Shown: positions 12,599 through 27,520, numbered from the whole stretch's first letter. The stretch: 62,460 bases of DNA, filler included, from Pirum gemmata (GCA_002812295.1; 17 parts of 17 records of this genome joined end to end with filler, not necessarily neighbours in it), one strand, 5' to 3'. Numbers and translations: made by a program. Notes: generated from the letters alone by a model not told the origin.

Positions 12599-14450
12599 AT
12601 ATAATTATATAGTAATTACTATTAAAATAATGGTATTGTATCGGTATCATAATTTGTATCATAATAATAATATGCAGTGTAAAGAGTGCAAAGCTAGAAT
12701 GCAATACAAGCTATAGCTAGTATAGAATAATGTTTATAAAGCCGATTGAACTAGTTATTGAACTGCCGATTGCAGAAGGTATGCAGAAAAATATTTCTAT
12801 TTTAAACTAAGACTTTATGGTGCAATTAAAAGAACGTCCGACTTTTTGGGTTTACTAGAATTTCCAATTTTCGAATATAAGTAATATAATAGGTATTTAA
12901 TAGGTTTGAACATATTTTTTTTACAAAAAAAAGTAGCCACAGAACAAAAGGAGGTATGGAGTTTGCTTTTGTATTATTATCTTCTGACTTTTCTGAAACA
13001 TATTAATAAGACACAATGTCATGCATAATGCATATGATCATTGCTTTTAATTGATAACTATAATATATAGATGGTCTACATACGAATCTTATGCTAGCTG
13101 TTTTTAACACCATCATAATAATCACGATAACGTTAACATTAATTACATTATTAGTTACAAAACTGTGTTACAAAATTAACGATAAAATTAGAGATGGCTG
13201 AGATGAGAGCAATTGGCAATCAGACTCAAGATTTTACAAGGAGTTCTATTAATAAGGGTTTAACTTGCAGGGTCAGAATGTGTTAGCTAGGGTTTGGTTA
13301 TGACTTAGGTAATTATATATACTATTAATTAATTATATTTATATTAATAATAAATTATTGTCTGATTGTAGACACTCTGTAGAGGGGTATACGTAGTATT
13401 ATTGTGACAATTTATTATTTTTACTCTTTATTTCATTCTGAATCCGTAAGCGTAATTAAAATAGGGCCATATTCAGTCTGGACTGAACATTTAGCTGAAA
13501 AGGTGTCTATAATATAATATTAATATATAAAATTTTAACACTAATAATGTAAGGTCTGTCTGAGTCACTGACCCTCTGTCTAGGACCCTCTGTAGATCCT
13601 TGGTATGATAGTATATGACTGTATATCGGGTAGTCTAATTTTCGCAGATGGGGGAGTTAAAAATCATTATAGATAAATCCTGGTTATTTAAATTTTATAT
13701 AATCATACATAGATTTGAGTGTAATTAGCATACTAACTAAGGACTAGTATAGTTTTTACTTAGTACTATAAGCAGAGTTTTGAAGCGACTGTACATGTGA
13801 CGTAGACACGCCTATCATTTTGCGTCGACATGCCTATCATTTTGCGGTTGTTGTTGACATTGTTGTTGTTGTTGACATTGTTGTTGTTGTTGACATTGTT
13901 GTTGTTGTTGTTGTTGTTGGTGCATATATATAATATTATAGAAAATAGGGCCATATTCAGCCTGGACTGAATATTTAGCTGAAAAGATGTCTATATATAT
14001 TAATATAATATATATTATATATAATTTTAAAATGGCTACAAATTTTCGTTTATTCTATATAATATATATATAGGTATGCGTAGGAACTGGTGTATGATTA
14101 TATTTCAACGTTAACTGTACTGTGTTTTAATGGATTATTATTATTATTATTATGAATATTATATAATATGTATGCTAACGCTATTACATTATTATTANNN
14201 NNNNNNNNNNNNNNNNNNNNNNNNNNNNNNNNNNNNNNNNNTTAATTAATTAANNNNNNNNNNNNNNNNNNNNNNNNNNNNNNNNNNNNNNNNNNNNAAA
14301 AAAAAAAAAAAAAAAAAAAAACACAAAAAAAAAACCAAAACCAAACACAAACAAAAACAAAAACAATACCAAACCCAAACCCAAAACAAAAACAAAAACC
14401 AAAACCAAAACCAAAAACAAACAAAAACAAAAACAAAAACAAAAATAAAC

Positions 14451-14650
14451 GAACGTCTTCATATTTTTGATAATAAATAAATTATTTTCATTCCTAGTAA
14501 TCGCACAAGAAAAACTTTGAACCGCAACTAGCACAGCTGTACAATACTCCATAACTAATCTATAATATTCTTTGTCATTTAATGCAAATTCTATTTTATC
14601 ATTACCAACCTCATTATAAACATCAACTATACTACTACTACTACTATTAC

Positions 14651-14691
<41 letters not shown>

Positions 14692-14767
14692 GTGGTTGTA
14701 GCAATACCTTCTAATTTGATTACATTGTTATAATTTTTGTTGTTATTATTATTATTGTTACTGCTGC

Positions 14768-14810
<43 letters not shown>

Positions 14811-15456
14811 GCTGTTTTTCTTTTCGTTATTACTAGCTATAATATCAAAATCAATAATAGGAAAAGTTTTATTACTATTTTGATTTGATTTTCCTTTTTT
14901 TATTTTTTTAACTTTACCACCTGTGTGTTCGGTTACGAATAATAATAATAATAATAATAATAAAAATAATAATAATAAAAATAAAATAATAACAATGATA
15001 ACAAATATAACAATAATTAACAATAACAACAATAACAACATAATAACAATAATAAAATGATAACAATGATAACAACGGCAATAATAAAATGATAGCAATA
15101 AGAATAACAGCAATAATAATAATAATAACAGTAACAATAATAACAATAATAAATAATAATAAACCTGTCAAAGCTCCACTCATTATAGGATTTACTGAAT
15201 CATTTTTATTTCTAATGGCTACTAAAGCACAATCAAAACAAGAGAACATACCACCCCAATGTGCAAAACTACCCCCAATCAACGGAGCTCTGATTTTCAT
15301 GGCGTTCAAAGCACCATAAAATTTTTGACCTTTAGGTGAATTTCTATATCCTTTAACTAAGTGAAAAACACTACCCCCAAAACAACCCATCGCAAACGCA
15401 CCTCCGAAATCACTAACAATTCTTTGAGGACATGGTTCTCTATGCAATTCTTCCAT
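14451..15456 (-). CDS. TIM17: Mitochondrial inner-membrane translocase Tim17 (exon 1 15456-15165) with atypical putative exon 2 (14920-14451); truncated by gap
   Basis: [19 protein letters not shown]...YRNSPKG...[39 protein letters not shown] is the Tim17 signature. GTTTAT donor at 15164 and CAG acceptor at 14921 are phase-compatible. Confidence 0.88.
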
Positions 15457-16179
15457 ATTTAATATATAATTGTTATTTTATACTTAATTATTATTATTAT
15501 TATTTCGTAATCTATCTTTCTTTTTTCTTTTATCCTAGAAGAAATTAAACTTTTTTTGAGAACAAAACGGTAACAAAACAATTAATAAAAAAAAAAAATA
15601 TTAAAAAATAAAATAAAATAAACTAAAAATAGTAATAACAGTAATAAAGTACTAATAATAAAATTACATTAACAATAATATAGTACTAGTAACAAAGATG
15701 ATGATAATAATAAAGATAATGATAATGACAATGATAATAATAACATATATATATTTAATCGAAAATCTAAAACTTTTTTTTTAAAAATGTGGTGTAGTAA
15801 TAAATAAAATAATTTATAACCATGACTAATACGTGTTGCGCAAAACGGACGAAAATGCGTATTATAAAGCTGTTAAGATATATTCGAAAAATAAAACAAA
15901 GAAAAATGTTTTTTAATAATAAATATAAATATTTTCGAATTGTTTTTGTTTTTCTAACGAATCGATCTCAGTTTTTCGCTATCCATGCTCTTCTTCCTTT
16001 TTAGTTTTGTTTTTCTTTTTCTTTTTCTTCTTTAGTAGTAAATATGACAGGTAAATATGAGAAGAGATATGCGGAGCTTCTTCTTAACACATCCTATATT
16101 AAAAGTGACGTCATTTTACCTTTTTAAATAATGATCGTTGGGGTTTTTCACGTTTACGAATGGTTTACATTTTGGTCAC

Positions 16180-16221
<42 letters not shown>

Positions 16222-18874
16222 AAGGCTAAATAGTGTAAGTTGTGAAAACTTACCCACACTATTAAAACATAAAGTTTCATGATTAACCTTGGAACTGACC
16301 CCAGATTTAATTCACCCCACGCTAACGCTACACACTTGGTCTACCAACTACCCTTTAACTCCATCCCACGTGCACTTTCAGCCCCATATATATGTGTGTG
16401 TGTGTGTATATAACATAATAAAATTTATAAAAACAGCGTCACAAACAAGAGTACTATACTAATACTAAACAAATTTATCATCTCAAATTTTAAAAAATAC
16501 TGAAAGTTTCGCGTACTAATTGCCCATTTACTACTAATTCAAACCCAAACTCTTTAGGAATTTTGAAAGGAATCCGAAGGTTAAAAACGTTAACATAGCT
16601 GTTAACATGTAAAAAACATCAAGATTCAAGAGTAATATATATATTATATATATACCACGTAGTTACAAACTATTAATAATATTTTATTAATATTGAAAAT
16701 TTAATTAATTAACAAGATAATTATATAATAAAATTTGTCCCCCATAAGTCCCCCATACTAGTCCCATTACTCCCATACTTCTTTTTTTTATTAACAACAA
16801 GAATTTTATTGGTTAATCTAATTAAAATATGCAAAAAAAATTAAGGACAAAGCAGTGTGACAGTAGTGTGACTGTGACACTTGTTTACAAACAGCAACCA
16901 CAGTAACAGTAGGTTATATAATTACATATTGATTAAAAAGGGAAATAAAGTAATTTATTGGAGTATATATAATATTATACGCGTACATATATATAGATGC
17001 AAAATAATTCGAAATAAATTAGAAGAATTAATGTTTTTCTAAAGAAAAAGCAACTTGTTTTATCATAAATAATAAGGCACAATATGAAGGAAATTATTAG
17101 CTATAATATTATATAATTTCAAGATAGAGATAATTAGGGTTGGGGTTAAAGTTAGGCTAGGGTTAGGTACACACAATACAGTCATAATAACCACTTCATA
17201 AATAAAAGATAAATCATAATTGTAGTAACTAATTCCTTTTATTATTTAAACAAACAAGACCCAATGCAATCAATGCAATGGCTTATTTGCAAGATAAAGA
17301 ATTTCTTGAATGAGCTAAATGAGCTAAATGAGCTCAACCATAAGCACAAATTTAAACCTCCAGTCCTAACTAGCCCTAGTACGTGATAATGTTATAGCTA
17401 ATTAGCATGTAATTGCAATCATGTTATTATTTTAAATTCTTCAAAACCAAATATATTTTAATTAACACTACGCATAATAAAGTCATAATAACCACGTCAT
17501 AAATGATAGATAAATCATAATTGTAGTAACTATTTCCTTTTAGTATTAAAACAAACAAGATTCAATGCATTTGAAAGTCTATAATTATACTCATTAATTA
17601 AAACCTTTTAAAAGCTTATATTGACGTAATATTATATTTATTATTATATCATTATTATTATTAGCCTAGTGCTAGACTAATTATAAGCTTAATAACTTCC
17701 AAACCCTAGTTCCGACTAACCATTAACCTGACCCTTAATCCAATATAGGATATCGATATTCCTAACCCCAATCTTAATCCCTCAAGTCCCCAGCCCCCAN
17801 NNNNNNNNNNNNNNNNNNNNNNNNNNNNNNNNNNNNNNNNNNNTTAATTAATTAANNNNNNNNNNNNNNNNNNNNNNNNNNNNNNNNNNNNNNNNNNNNG
17901 GTATGTTTTATTATCTTTATATTGATTTAAAAATGTCAATTTAAATATTATAACCCTCCAAATAAATATTCTGAGTGATAAAATAAATGAAAAGCACGAT
18001 ATGATATCGAAATACAGATATTGTAGTATTTATAAGGTAGGGGTGACTAGCTGAGGTGACTACTAGCTAGTGGTACTAGCTATCGTCTATTTCACCTAGC
18101 TAGTCTAGGCTAGCTGGTAATCTGGTAATAGAACGAGGGGGGTCTAACAGTAATCATAGCTCATAGCTAGGTGAAAAAAAAAAAAAAAAAAAGGGTTCAG
18201 ACTCCAGAGTCTTCAGACCGTTCAGTGGCTGGGTTCAGTTGACTCTCTGCTGAAGGCGACAGTAGGCCTGTCTGCTGACTGTCTGTTGTCTGTTCAGGGT
18301 TTTATTTCTCCTCTCAGCTCAGTCTTCTTTCTTTCTCCAGCCAGCTCTAGATAATAATAATAATAATAAATAATAATAATAATTATAAATAGTAATAAAT
18401 AAATAATTTTTAAAATAATAAAAATAACAATAAAAAATAATAAAATAGCCAGGTAAGAAACTATAGTAATTTGCTATGATAGACTTATGATAGCTCTAGT
18501 TACGATAGAAGGTATTAAATTTTAGAAAAGAAGAAGTCTATTATCATCATGATAAAAAAAAATGATTTCTATAGTTATATTCGTAATTAATAGAATATAC
18601 GTCAGTGTAGCGTAGCCATTGTATTTATTTATCATATCGTAGTAGTCTATGGCTCGGATGGCTCCTCTCGCGCTTTTCATTTAATATTTATTGGGTCACA
18701 CTAAATATTTATTTGGTCACACTAAATATTTATTTGGAGGGTTATAATACTTAAATTGACACTTTTGAATGAATATACAGATAATAAAATATACCAAATT
18801 GTATTAATTTGGTATCATATTTTTAAAAAGCAGTAAAAAAGCACCACATAGCCCTGAACCTGAACAGACACAAG

Positions 18875-18905
<31 letters not shown>

Positions 18906-20547
18906 ATGACAAAAACAACTGAAAAGCACTGTATCTATTAGTGCATGCATAATATCAACTACCAGTGCAACATAAAAATAAAATAATTATTATATTATTA
19001 TATAGCATTTTCGAAAATAACCCAATTTTTGCTATATACATAGCATAGACATACTCATAGTACTATGATAGTAGTTCTCTCATAGTATACTCATAGACAT
19101 ATAAAGTATGTATAAAGAAAAAAAAAAAAATTTCGCATAAAACTGTATATTACTAGCTAGAGCTAGCTAGAGACTATTATTAGCCAAATTATTTTAGCGA
19201 ATTTTATCTGGCTAGGCGTTTTTTTTTTTACAGCAAGTACGTAGCTCCAATTTCCAGTCAATTACAGCTTCAAATACTCCTATCTACCTACCCCTCGACG
19301 TTAATTTCCGGTCAAATGCCACCTACCTACCTACCCTTTGACGTGATGTATTATGATATTTGAACGCTCCCCAATTCTTGATTTTAAAAAACTGAAGAAA
19401 TCTTTTTTTTTTAGACTTCCTTTCTACAGAGCAGTTATTGTTGTCATGATGGTGCTTTTCAGTTATTTTGTCATAATCTGTAGTCTCTCGAGCTCGGTCT
19501 TGATGATAGAGTCTAGACAAACCTGATAGACAGCCTAATATACCACAGCACCTAAATTTAGGTGGTCGTGATAATAATAATTTTGAAAAATAGGAAATAT
19601 TATATTATATATTTATATACAGTTTTTATATACCTAGCTAGGAAATAAGGAAATACAGTATCTATAGACTTAGAGTATTACATAATAAAAGTGAGTAGAT
19701 AATGCGATTGGGTAAAAAAAAACTCTCTAGCTAGCTATTTTACTAGCTAGCTTAGCCTAGCTATCGATATCATACTAGCTATAGTCTAGCTATCATAGTT
19801 ATTTACATAGTCTAGCTAGCTAGTAGTAACCTTCTATGATAGATAGTCTAGCTAGCTAGGCAGTGAGTAGTATGATAATTATGATAGTATCAGATATACG
19901 TAGTGGTATGTATAGACTAACTAGCTAGTAGTCTAGTAGATGAACAATAGACTAACAATACTGTGAACAATATTCGTCAGAATTCTTTTACCTATCATAT
20001 TTAAAATTAATTAAATCGACAAGTTGCGAAAGTTCAAGTCAAACGGATGAATGAATATTGAAAAAGTTCCACATATTGTGAAAAATAGACAAATAGACAG
20101 ATATCCATATATATAAAAAAATAGACTAGCTAGACACACTAGACACTCGACTTTTAGACAAATAGACAGATATCCATATAACCCATTTTATTACAGTATG
20201 AGAGACCTACTAATGTAATTACAGTCAGCTTGCGCTAACAAGTCTCTAGTCACTCTAAGGTAGTAGGTACATAATACTTCATCATTCTGTTTGAAATTGT
20301 AAAGAACTCCTCTAAAATCATTAAATTAACTCTTTCGTTTATTATTTTGTTTGCCATTTTTAGCAAAAAAAAACCATTGCTTTATTTCTGAGAAGTACAA
20401 CTGAAGTACAACACAACAAGTTAAAAAACCGAACGACAATCAAATTATTAATTAAAAGTTATACAAATATTTAAAAGTACTATCGTGCTTTTCATTTATT
20501 TTGTCACTCTGAATATTTATTTGGAGGGTTATAAGCTTTAAATTGAT

Positions 20548-20595
<48 letters not shown>

Positions 20596-21906
20596 CACAA
20601 AATTTAATTTTTTTAGCCTAGTGACTCTACTAGCTAGTCTAGCTAGAGTTGCTAGACTGGTTTGCATATAAGGCAAAAATTATTTAAAAAAAAAAAAAAT
20701 ATTACTATTATTATTGTTATTATAGGTTTATGTTGATAAAAAAAAAAAAAATATTACTGCCATCAATGCTATCATAGGTATATTTTGATAAAAAAAAAAA
20801 AAAGAATATGATAAACATTGATAGTCTTTGATAGACCCCGTCTTAGGGCCGTCTATGATAAAAAAAACTATGATAGCAAAAAAAATATCGAGGTATTTTA
20901 TCATAATTAATACCCTACCTGAGTCCTACCTGTTTACGGTTTACCCTCTAATATCATAGTACTAGACTATAAAAGGTACTATATGATAGCCATAGCCAGA
21001 CTGGGGTACTATGCACTATGCAGGGGTACTAATACCCATACTATGAGTCTATGATAGCTACTACTGCTAGCTAGTAGCAGACTTGAGGCAGCTTATTAAT
21101 TAAATACTAGCTAGTAGTAAGTCATTTACAGTTCATTGATGTATTTGTCATTATGGGTAGGTAATTTTTCTCGATGTTACGATTGTGTGACTTTTGAGGA
21201 GGGGGGGGTAGGTTTTTGCCAGTAGTAATTGAACGCTCCCTTATTATATATAGTATAGTCTAGTACTTTTCAGTTGTTTTGTCATCATAAAGTATACAAT
21301 AAATAGTACCAAATTAATACAATATAAACCCATTTAATTTAATTTGGCATATTTTATTATCTATTTATTGATTTAAAAATGACAATTTAAAGATTATAAC
21401 NNNNNNNNNNNNNNNNNNNNNNNNNNNNNNNNNNNNNNNNNNNNTTAATTAATTAANNNNNNNNNNNNNNNNNNNNNNNNNNNNNNNNNNNNNNNNNNNN
21501 AGGGTTAGGGTTAGGGTTAGGGTTTGGGTTTGGTAATGCTTTAATTGTTTGGATCCCAGATAATATGTTTTTAATAGAAGAACGAAAAACATGCATATGG
21601 AAATCGTTTACTGATAAAGTGTATTAATAATAATTTTAAAGAGTGTAAAGTTAATTGTTGAACCACCAGTGTTTCAACCTCAACATTAATCAGTATTTTA
21701 AAAAACTATATTTTATAATAATATATTTTCTTAGATATTTATTATGAATAATTATAAGTGAAATTGTGAAGTATTAATTTAATAAAATAAGAATTTTAAT
21801 ATGAATAATTGGAATAATTGGAATAATTGTGAAGTAAGAAAAAGAGATAATAGGAATTTTCGAAAGAGTTTAGAGACTTTATATTTATGTTGGATATAAA
21901 ATCTAT

Positions 21907-22095
21907 GGTTAGGGTTAGGGTTTGGGTTTATAGGGTTGGGTTAAGAGTTAGTGTTAGGGTTAGGGTTAGGGTTAAGGAACTATTAGGGTTAGGTTTAAAG
22001 TTAGGTTTAGGTTTAGGTTTAGGTTTAGGTTTAGGTTTAGGTTTAGGTTTAGGTTTAGAGTTAGAGTTAGAGTTAGGGTTAGGGTTAGGGTTAGG
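21907..22095 (+). repeat. Interstitial TTAGGG/TTTAGG/TTAGAG array
   Basis: Tandem hexamers. Similar arrays at 21501-21532, 24510-24780, 28609-28677, 29321-29376, 35514-35598, 45371-45574 and 50955-51043. Confidence 0.9.
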
Positions 22096-22360
22096 AGTAA
22101 ATGTAATTTATATAGCAGAGTTAATAATAGGAAGATAGATAGGAAGTTTAGTATTAACTCTGATTTAACTATTACTAATGCTATTTCACGTTTGAAATTT
22201 AAACTATATATATAGTCTACTGGGAGAAAGAGGTAGTTCACCGTAGTAGTTGTTGATATGATAGCCTGCAACTATAATGCAACATTATCATTATTTTATT
22301 TTATTTTATTTATTATTAATATCATAGTATTTTTAATTTTTTAATTTTATTTTTATTTTT

Positions 22361-23380
22361 ACAGCCAAGCCTCCGAATAAAACTGTAGAAATCACTTTTT
22401 TTAGACTGACTTTCTAAAAACTTTGTTACTAACTAGCCAAATTATTTTTAAAAACTAGCCATTGGTCATAATGGAGTTTATTTAGTTAAATAATTTCTTT
22501 TAAAAGTTGGTAGGATTATTAATTAAAATTGGATTGTTTTGAGATTTTTAATTTTTGAGCTGGTATGGTGAATGTCGTCATTTTTATTCGACTTACTAAA
22601 AAAAAAAAAGAAGCTCAAAATCTGAAAATCTTAAAATCCTCCAATTTAAAAAAGATAAAAGTGCTATCAAAATCTCAGAAATTGAATAACAGAAATTGTA
22701 TTATGAACCAATAGTTAGTTTTAAAAAATAATTTGGCCATTTATATTTTAGAAAAGAAGTCAAAAAAAAAAAAAAAAGATTTCTAGGTTTACCGGTAGGT
22801 CTAGACCGGCCTGACTATATTCCTAGAAATCCAAAAAAACTCAAAATGATCCAATTTTAAAAAACGTACTACCAAATTTTGATAAATTATTTAACTAATA
22901 AATCTCTATTATGAACCAATGGCTAGTTTTTAAAAATAATTTGGCTAGTTTTAAAATAGCATTTTAAAGGATATTAAAGGTTTTTTTAGAAAAGAAGTCT
23001 AAAAAAAATGATAAATATTAGAAATATTCTATATTAGGGTGAAAATGTTGAAAATGAAATGTAAAGCATTGCCTTTTTTAGCAATAAAAAATAATAATCT
23101 ATGTGAATAAAAATTGATTGGTTAATTTTGATAATAAAAAAACAGTCCTGACTTTTTTTTTTGCGATAGTAGTAAGTAGCCTAGCCAGCTCACCATAGTC
23201 CATAAAATATCAAAATGCTCAAATTTTCAAAAAAGTGCTACCAAAATATGATATAATATATAACTTAAAAACGATATTATGAACCAATAGCCGTTTTTAA
23301 AAATAATTTGGCTACTTGAAAATAAGTCTAAATGATTTTCTAGAAATGATTTCTATTACAGTTTTATCAGGCTTGGCTGT
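22361..23380. mobile_element. Cluster of four copies (one forward, three reverse) of repeat family D
   Basis: Core TAGCCAAATTATTTTTAAAAACTAGCCATTGG(T)TCATAAT at ~22434 and reverse at ~22700, ~22908 and ~23277. The cluster is bounded by T-run+ACAGCCAAGCC and GGCTTGGCTGT+A-run. Confidence 0.7.
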
Positions 23381-23468
23381 TAAAAAAAAAAAAATTGTGG
23401 ACAGAATGGCAGAATGAAAAAGACTACCATATATGTAACTGATTATATATAATCAGAGTTCAATAACT

Positions 23469-23503
<35 letters not shown>

Positions 23504-24114
23504 TTTTTTTTTTTTTTTTTTTTTTTTTTGAATTTATTATTATTATTATTGTGGGTTTTAGCTTGTGATTAGTGAGTTAGGTCTTGGTAATTAATTTTAG
23601 CTTGTGATTCGTGAGTTGGGGTTTAGTTAGGACTTCACAATTCACATTTATATATTATCAGCTATCGATATATTATCAATATATCATAATAATATAATAT
23701 CATTCCGGTAGATTTCCTAGCCAGGGTAGATTTCAGTTGTTTTACCTTCATAATTATATACAATAAATAGTACCAAATCAATACAATATAAATCCATTTA
23801 ATTGAATTTGGTGTATTTCATTATCTATGTATATATTTAAAAATGTCAATTTAATTAAAGATTATAAACCTCCAAATAAATATTTTGAGTGACAAAATAA
23901 ATGAAAAGCACAATAATATTATAAAGAAAGACCAGCAACAAGTTTACTATGAATATTATCCGATACATAACAACAAATTTAACAACCACCACAACAGTAG
24001 CTTTGATTACTAGCTAGTAGCTTAGAACTAAAAAATGATACATTCATAATTATGATATTAATATTTGGTATCATATATACTATTATATATTATTGTTTCA
24101 TATTAATAATATAA

Positions 24115-24378
24115 TCAACCAACACCACCACCACCACCACATGTACAACAACAACAACAATATTAACAACAACCACGACCACAACCACAACAACCACAAT
24201 AACAACCACAATAACAACCATAACCACAACCATAACCACAATCACAACCACAACCACAACCACAACCACAACCACAACCACAACCGCAACCATAACTACA
24301 ACCACAACCACAATCACAACAACGACAAATACCACCACCACCACCATCACCCAATAACAACCACAACCACAACCACAG
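24115..24378. repeat. (AACCAC)n / (AAC)n compound microsatellite
   Basis: Direct inspection. Confidence 0.9.
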
Positions 24379-25588
24379 CTATATTTATAATACTATATAA
24401 TATGTATGTTAACTTCTACTGATTACATTAAATTTTAAGAAATGAAATTAAGAAAATTTATATAGCTTGGAAAATAAGAAGTTATTATACTTATTAAAAA
24501 TTTAATTTAGAGTCAGGGCTGTGGTTAGAGTTACTGGGGTTAGGAACTATTGGGATTAGGGTTAAGATTAGGATTATGTCTAGGGTTAAGGTTTGGGTTA
24601 AGGCTAGGATTAGAGTTAGAGTTAGGGTAAAGTTTGGGGTTAGATTTAGGGCGTAGAACTACGTGGTAGGGTTAGGGCTCTTGCTTTTTCATAATAATGA
24701 ACTGAACTATTATGGTTTTTGGTTTTTGGTTGGCTTGGTTAGGGTTAGGGTTAGGGTTAGGGTTAGGGTTTCGGTTTTGGTTATGCTTATGTTTTTGATA
24801 CAATTTTCTATATTATAAGAATTCTTTATTATAATAATTCTTTATTATAATATTAATAATTAATCATATTTTTGTGAAAAAGAATTAGTTTTTGTTGCTA
24901 CAAAACCAAAACCAAAACCAAAACCAAAACCAAAACNNNNNNNNNNNNNNNNNNNNNNNNNNNNNNNNNNNNNNNNNNNNTTAATTAATTAANNNNNNNN
25001 NNNNNNNNNNNNNNNNNNNNNNNNNNNNNNNNNNNNTACCTACCTACCCCTTGACGTTAATTTCCAGTCAAATACCGACTACCTACCTACCCCTTGACGT
25101 GACGTATTATTTGAACTCTCCCTTACTAGTCTCATCTATCATAATATTATTATATTTCAATTTTATTTTCTTCAGCTATGGCTGATTCGGTGCACCCACC
25201 ACTGGGCCACCAGAGCCAACTTTTGCGGCTTTCAAGCTGGCTCGATGATTTTTATTTCGACCCTATGCAAACAGTAAAATTGCCCCAAACTTTCACAGCC
25301 ATAGATCGATACTACTACTACAAGAGTACTGCAAGTGCAAGGTTGATTTAAAATTTTTATTTATCCATTCCATTCTATCTAAATTCTAATATAGTGTTTA
25401 GAATTCCAACATCTACTGGTAATAGTCTGGTATCTATTTACCATTCATATTTAGTATCAGACTACAAATTATTATCATCTACTTTATCATATTTTAAAAA
25501 TGTTAGTAGAAATAGTATATATTCGTACATATATATTATGTATTTTTATGTTTGTGTGATTATGTTTGTAAATTTACTGTTTATGTGT

Positions 25589-25638
<50 letters not shown>

Positions 25639-27160
25639 AGTAGACCTGCTTGAGTAGACCTTTGAGTAGACCTGTGTCTATTTGGTAGACCTACTGTTTA
25701 AAAGTGTATCAAATACAATATTTTAAGTATAAAATACCAAATTAATTAAAACATGTCTGATAGTTTAACTGTAATAGTTTTTGAACTGGACAATGAGTTC
25801 AAACTGTTCAATTTTTCAATAAATAGATAATAAACTATATTGACTATATATAGACTATATAGAAAAATTCTTATTTATTGGCCAAAATACTGCCAAAATC
25901 CAGTCAAAATCCCCCTGCCAAAATCCTAACCGAAATACTACCAAAACAGCCAAAATCCCTTTAGATTTTTTTTTTTTTTTTTAGAAATAAAAATTATAAC
26001 CAATTTTGATTGGTAAATTAAATTTTTTTTTAAAAAACAAGAAATTTGTTGTTTTGTTTTGTCTAGCTGGGGGGGGGGTCTACATTTTTTTACTTTTTTT
26101 TATTTAGACTTCTTTTCTAAAACTTTTAATGCTAACTATCCAAATTATTATTAAAAACTGACCATTGGCTCATAATAGAGTTTTATTAGTGAGATCATTT
26201 CTAACAATTTGATAGTACTTTCATTAAAATTGAAGGGTTTTAATTTTAAAAGATTTGTCAGATTTTGAGCTCATTTTGCAACTTTTTTTTTCTTTTAATT
26301 ATGATAAAAAAAAAAAATCCTGAGAAAAAAAAACATTTATTGCAGTTTATTGAGTATTTATTGGTGATGCTAAAGAGTAGAGTAGACTGGGGTCTTTAGA
26401 CGGGAATATATCTGCTGCGAACAGCCAAGTTGTCTAGCTAGCTAACCCAAGTTATCAAGAGCAATTTGATTGTATTGGACTAATTAGGCTATTTATATAA
26501 AAATCGTTACAACGTTTTAGAGGCCTAGCTAAGTCCTAGCTAGCTAGGGGGGGGTCTACAACTTGCTTGTAAGAAATAATTAAAATCGATCAACTTTTTT
26601 TTGTTGTCCATATCCATTATGCATGTTATGCATGTAGACTATGTCATATGATAATATTATTTTGAAATACCTCCCTCATGTCCATTTGGATATTTATTAT
26701 AGTATATAATACTGTTCTATTATGAGTCATTTTATGACATTTAACACAATTTAGATATAAAGTCTATCAGTTATCAAGATACTTGTACGTCGAGGGGTAG
26801 GTAGGTAGGGGGTACTTGAAGCTGTATTTGACTGGAAATGGGCGTTAGGTAATATTTGAAAGCTCCCCCACTAGCTAGTAGTACTCTAGCACACTCTACT
26901 AGCTAGCTATTGATAGTAGCATTGATACGTTGCAATAACAATGCTACTACTAGTAGGTAGAGCTAGCTAGCTACTAGCTAGTATGCTACTTCTTCTTTCT
27001 TATTAGAAATAAATTTGTGGTCCGGTTTCACTTTTTTAGGTATCGAAAACTTATCGAAATCGGTCGAGTCAGATACTGTTCAGATCGAACTATGCATAGT
27101 CTATGGTGCTCATCACTCCACATCATATAGAGCGGTAGGGGGTCATATAGTACATAATTA

Positions 27161-27357
27161 TCCTGCTTTTCATTTATTTTGTCACTTTAGATTATTTATT
27201 TGGTACTTTTAAGTTTATAAACGTGTTTATTTTAAATAGAAATATAAATCATTAAACCCGCCAAGTTAACTAAATTGTATCAAATAAATTTGATATAGTA
27301 TTAACTTGGTATTTATTACTGCATGTTCTATTATGACAAAATAACTGAAAAGCACGA
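27161..27357. mobile_element. MITE subfamily A2 (~200 bp, TA-flanked)
   Basis: TA|TCCTGCTTTTCATTTATTTTG...CAAAATAACTGAAAAGCACGA|TA; second copy at 50545-50751. Confidence 0.8.
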
Positions 27358-27520
27358 TAATACATTTCATGTATTTAATAGACTATCATAGTCTATGTGT
27401 GCATATATTGGCTAGTAGTAGCTAGCTAGGCTACTAGCTAGACTTATCTACTAGACTCATCACATAATATATTTTTATATCATCTATTATTAATATGATA
27501 AATATCATAATAGAGTCATA

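Noticed and set aside
21533..21905. Possible decayed coding fragment between telomeric arrays
   Set aside because: Multiple stops and no motif I can assign with confidence.
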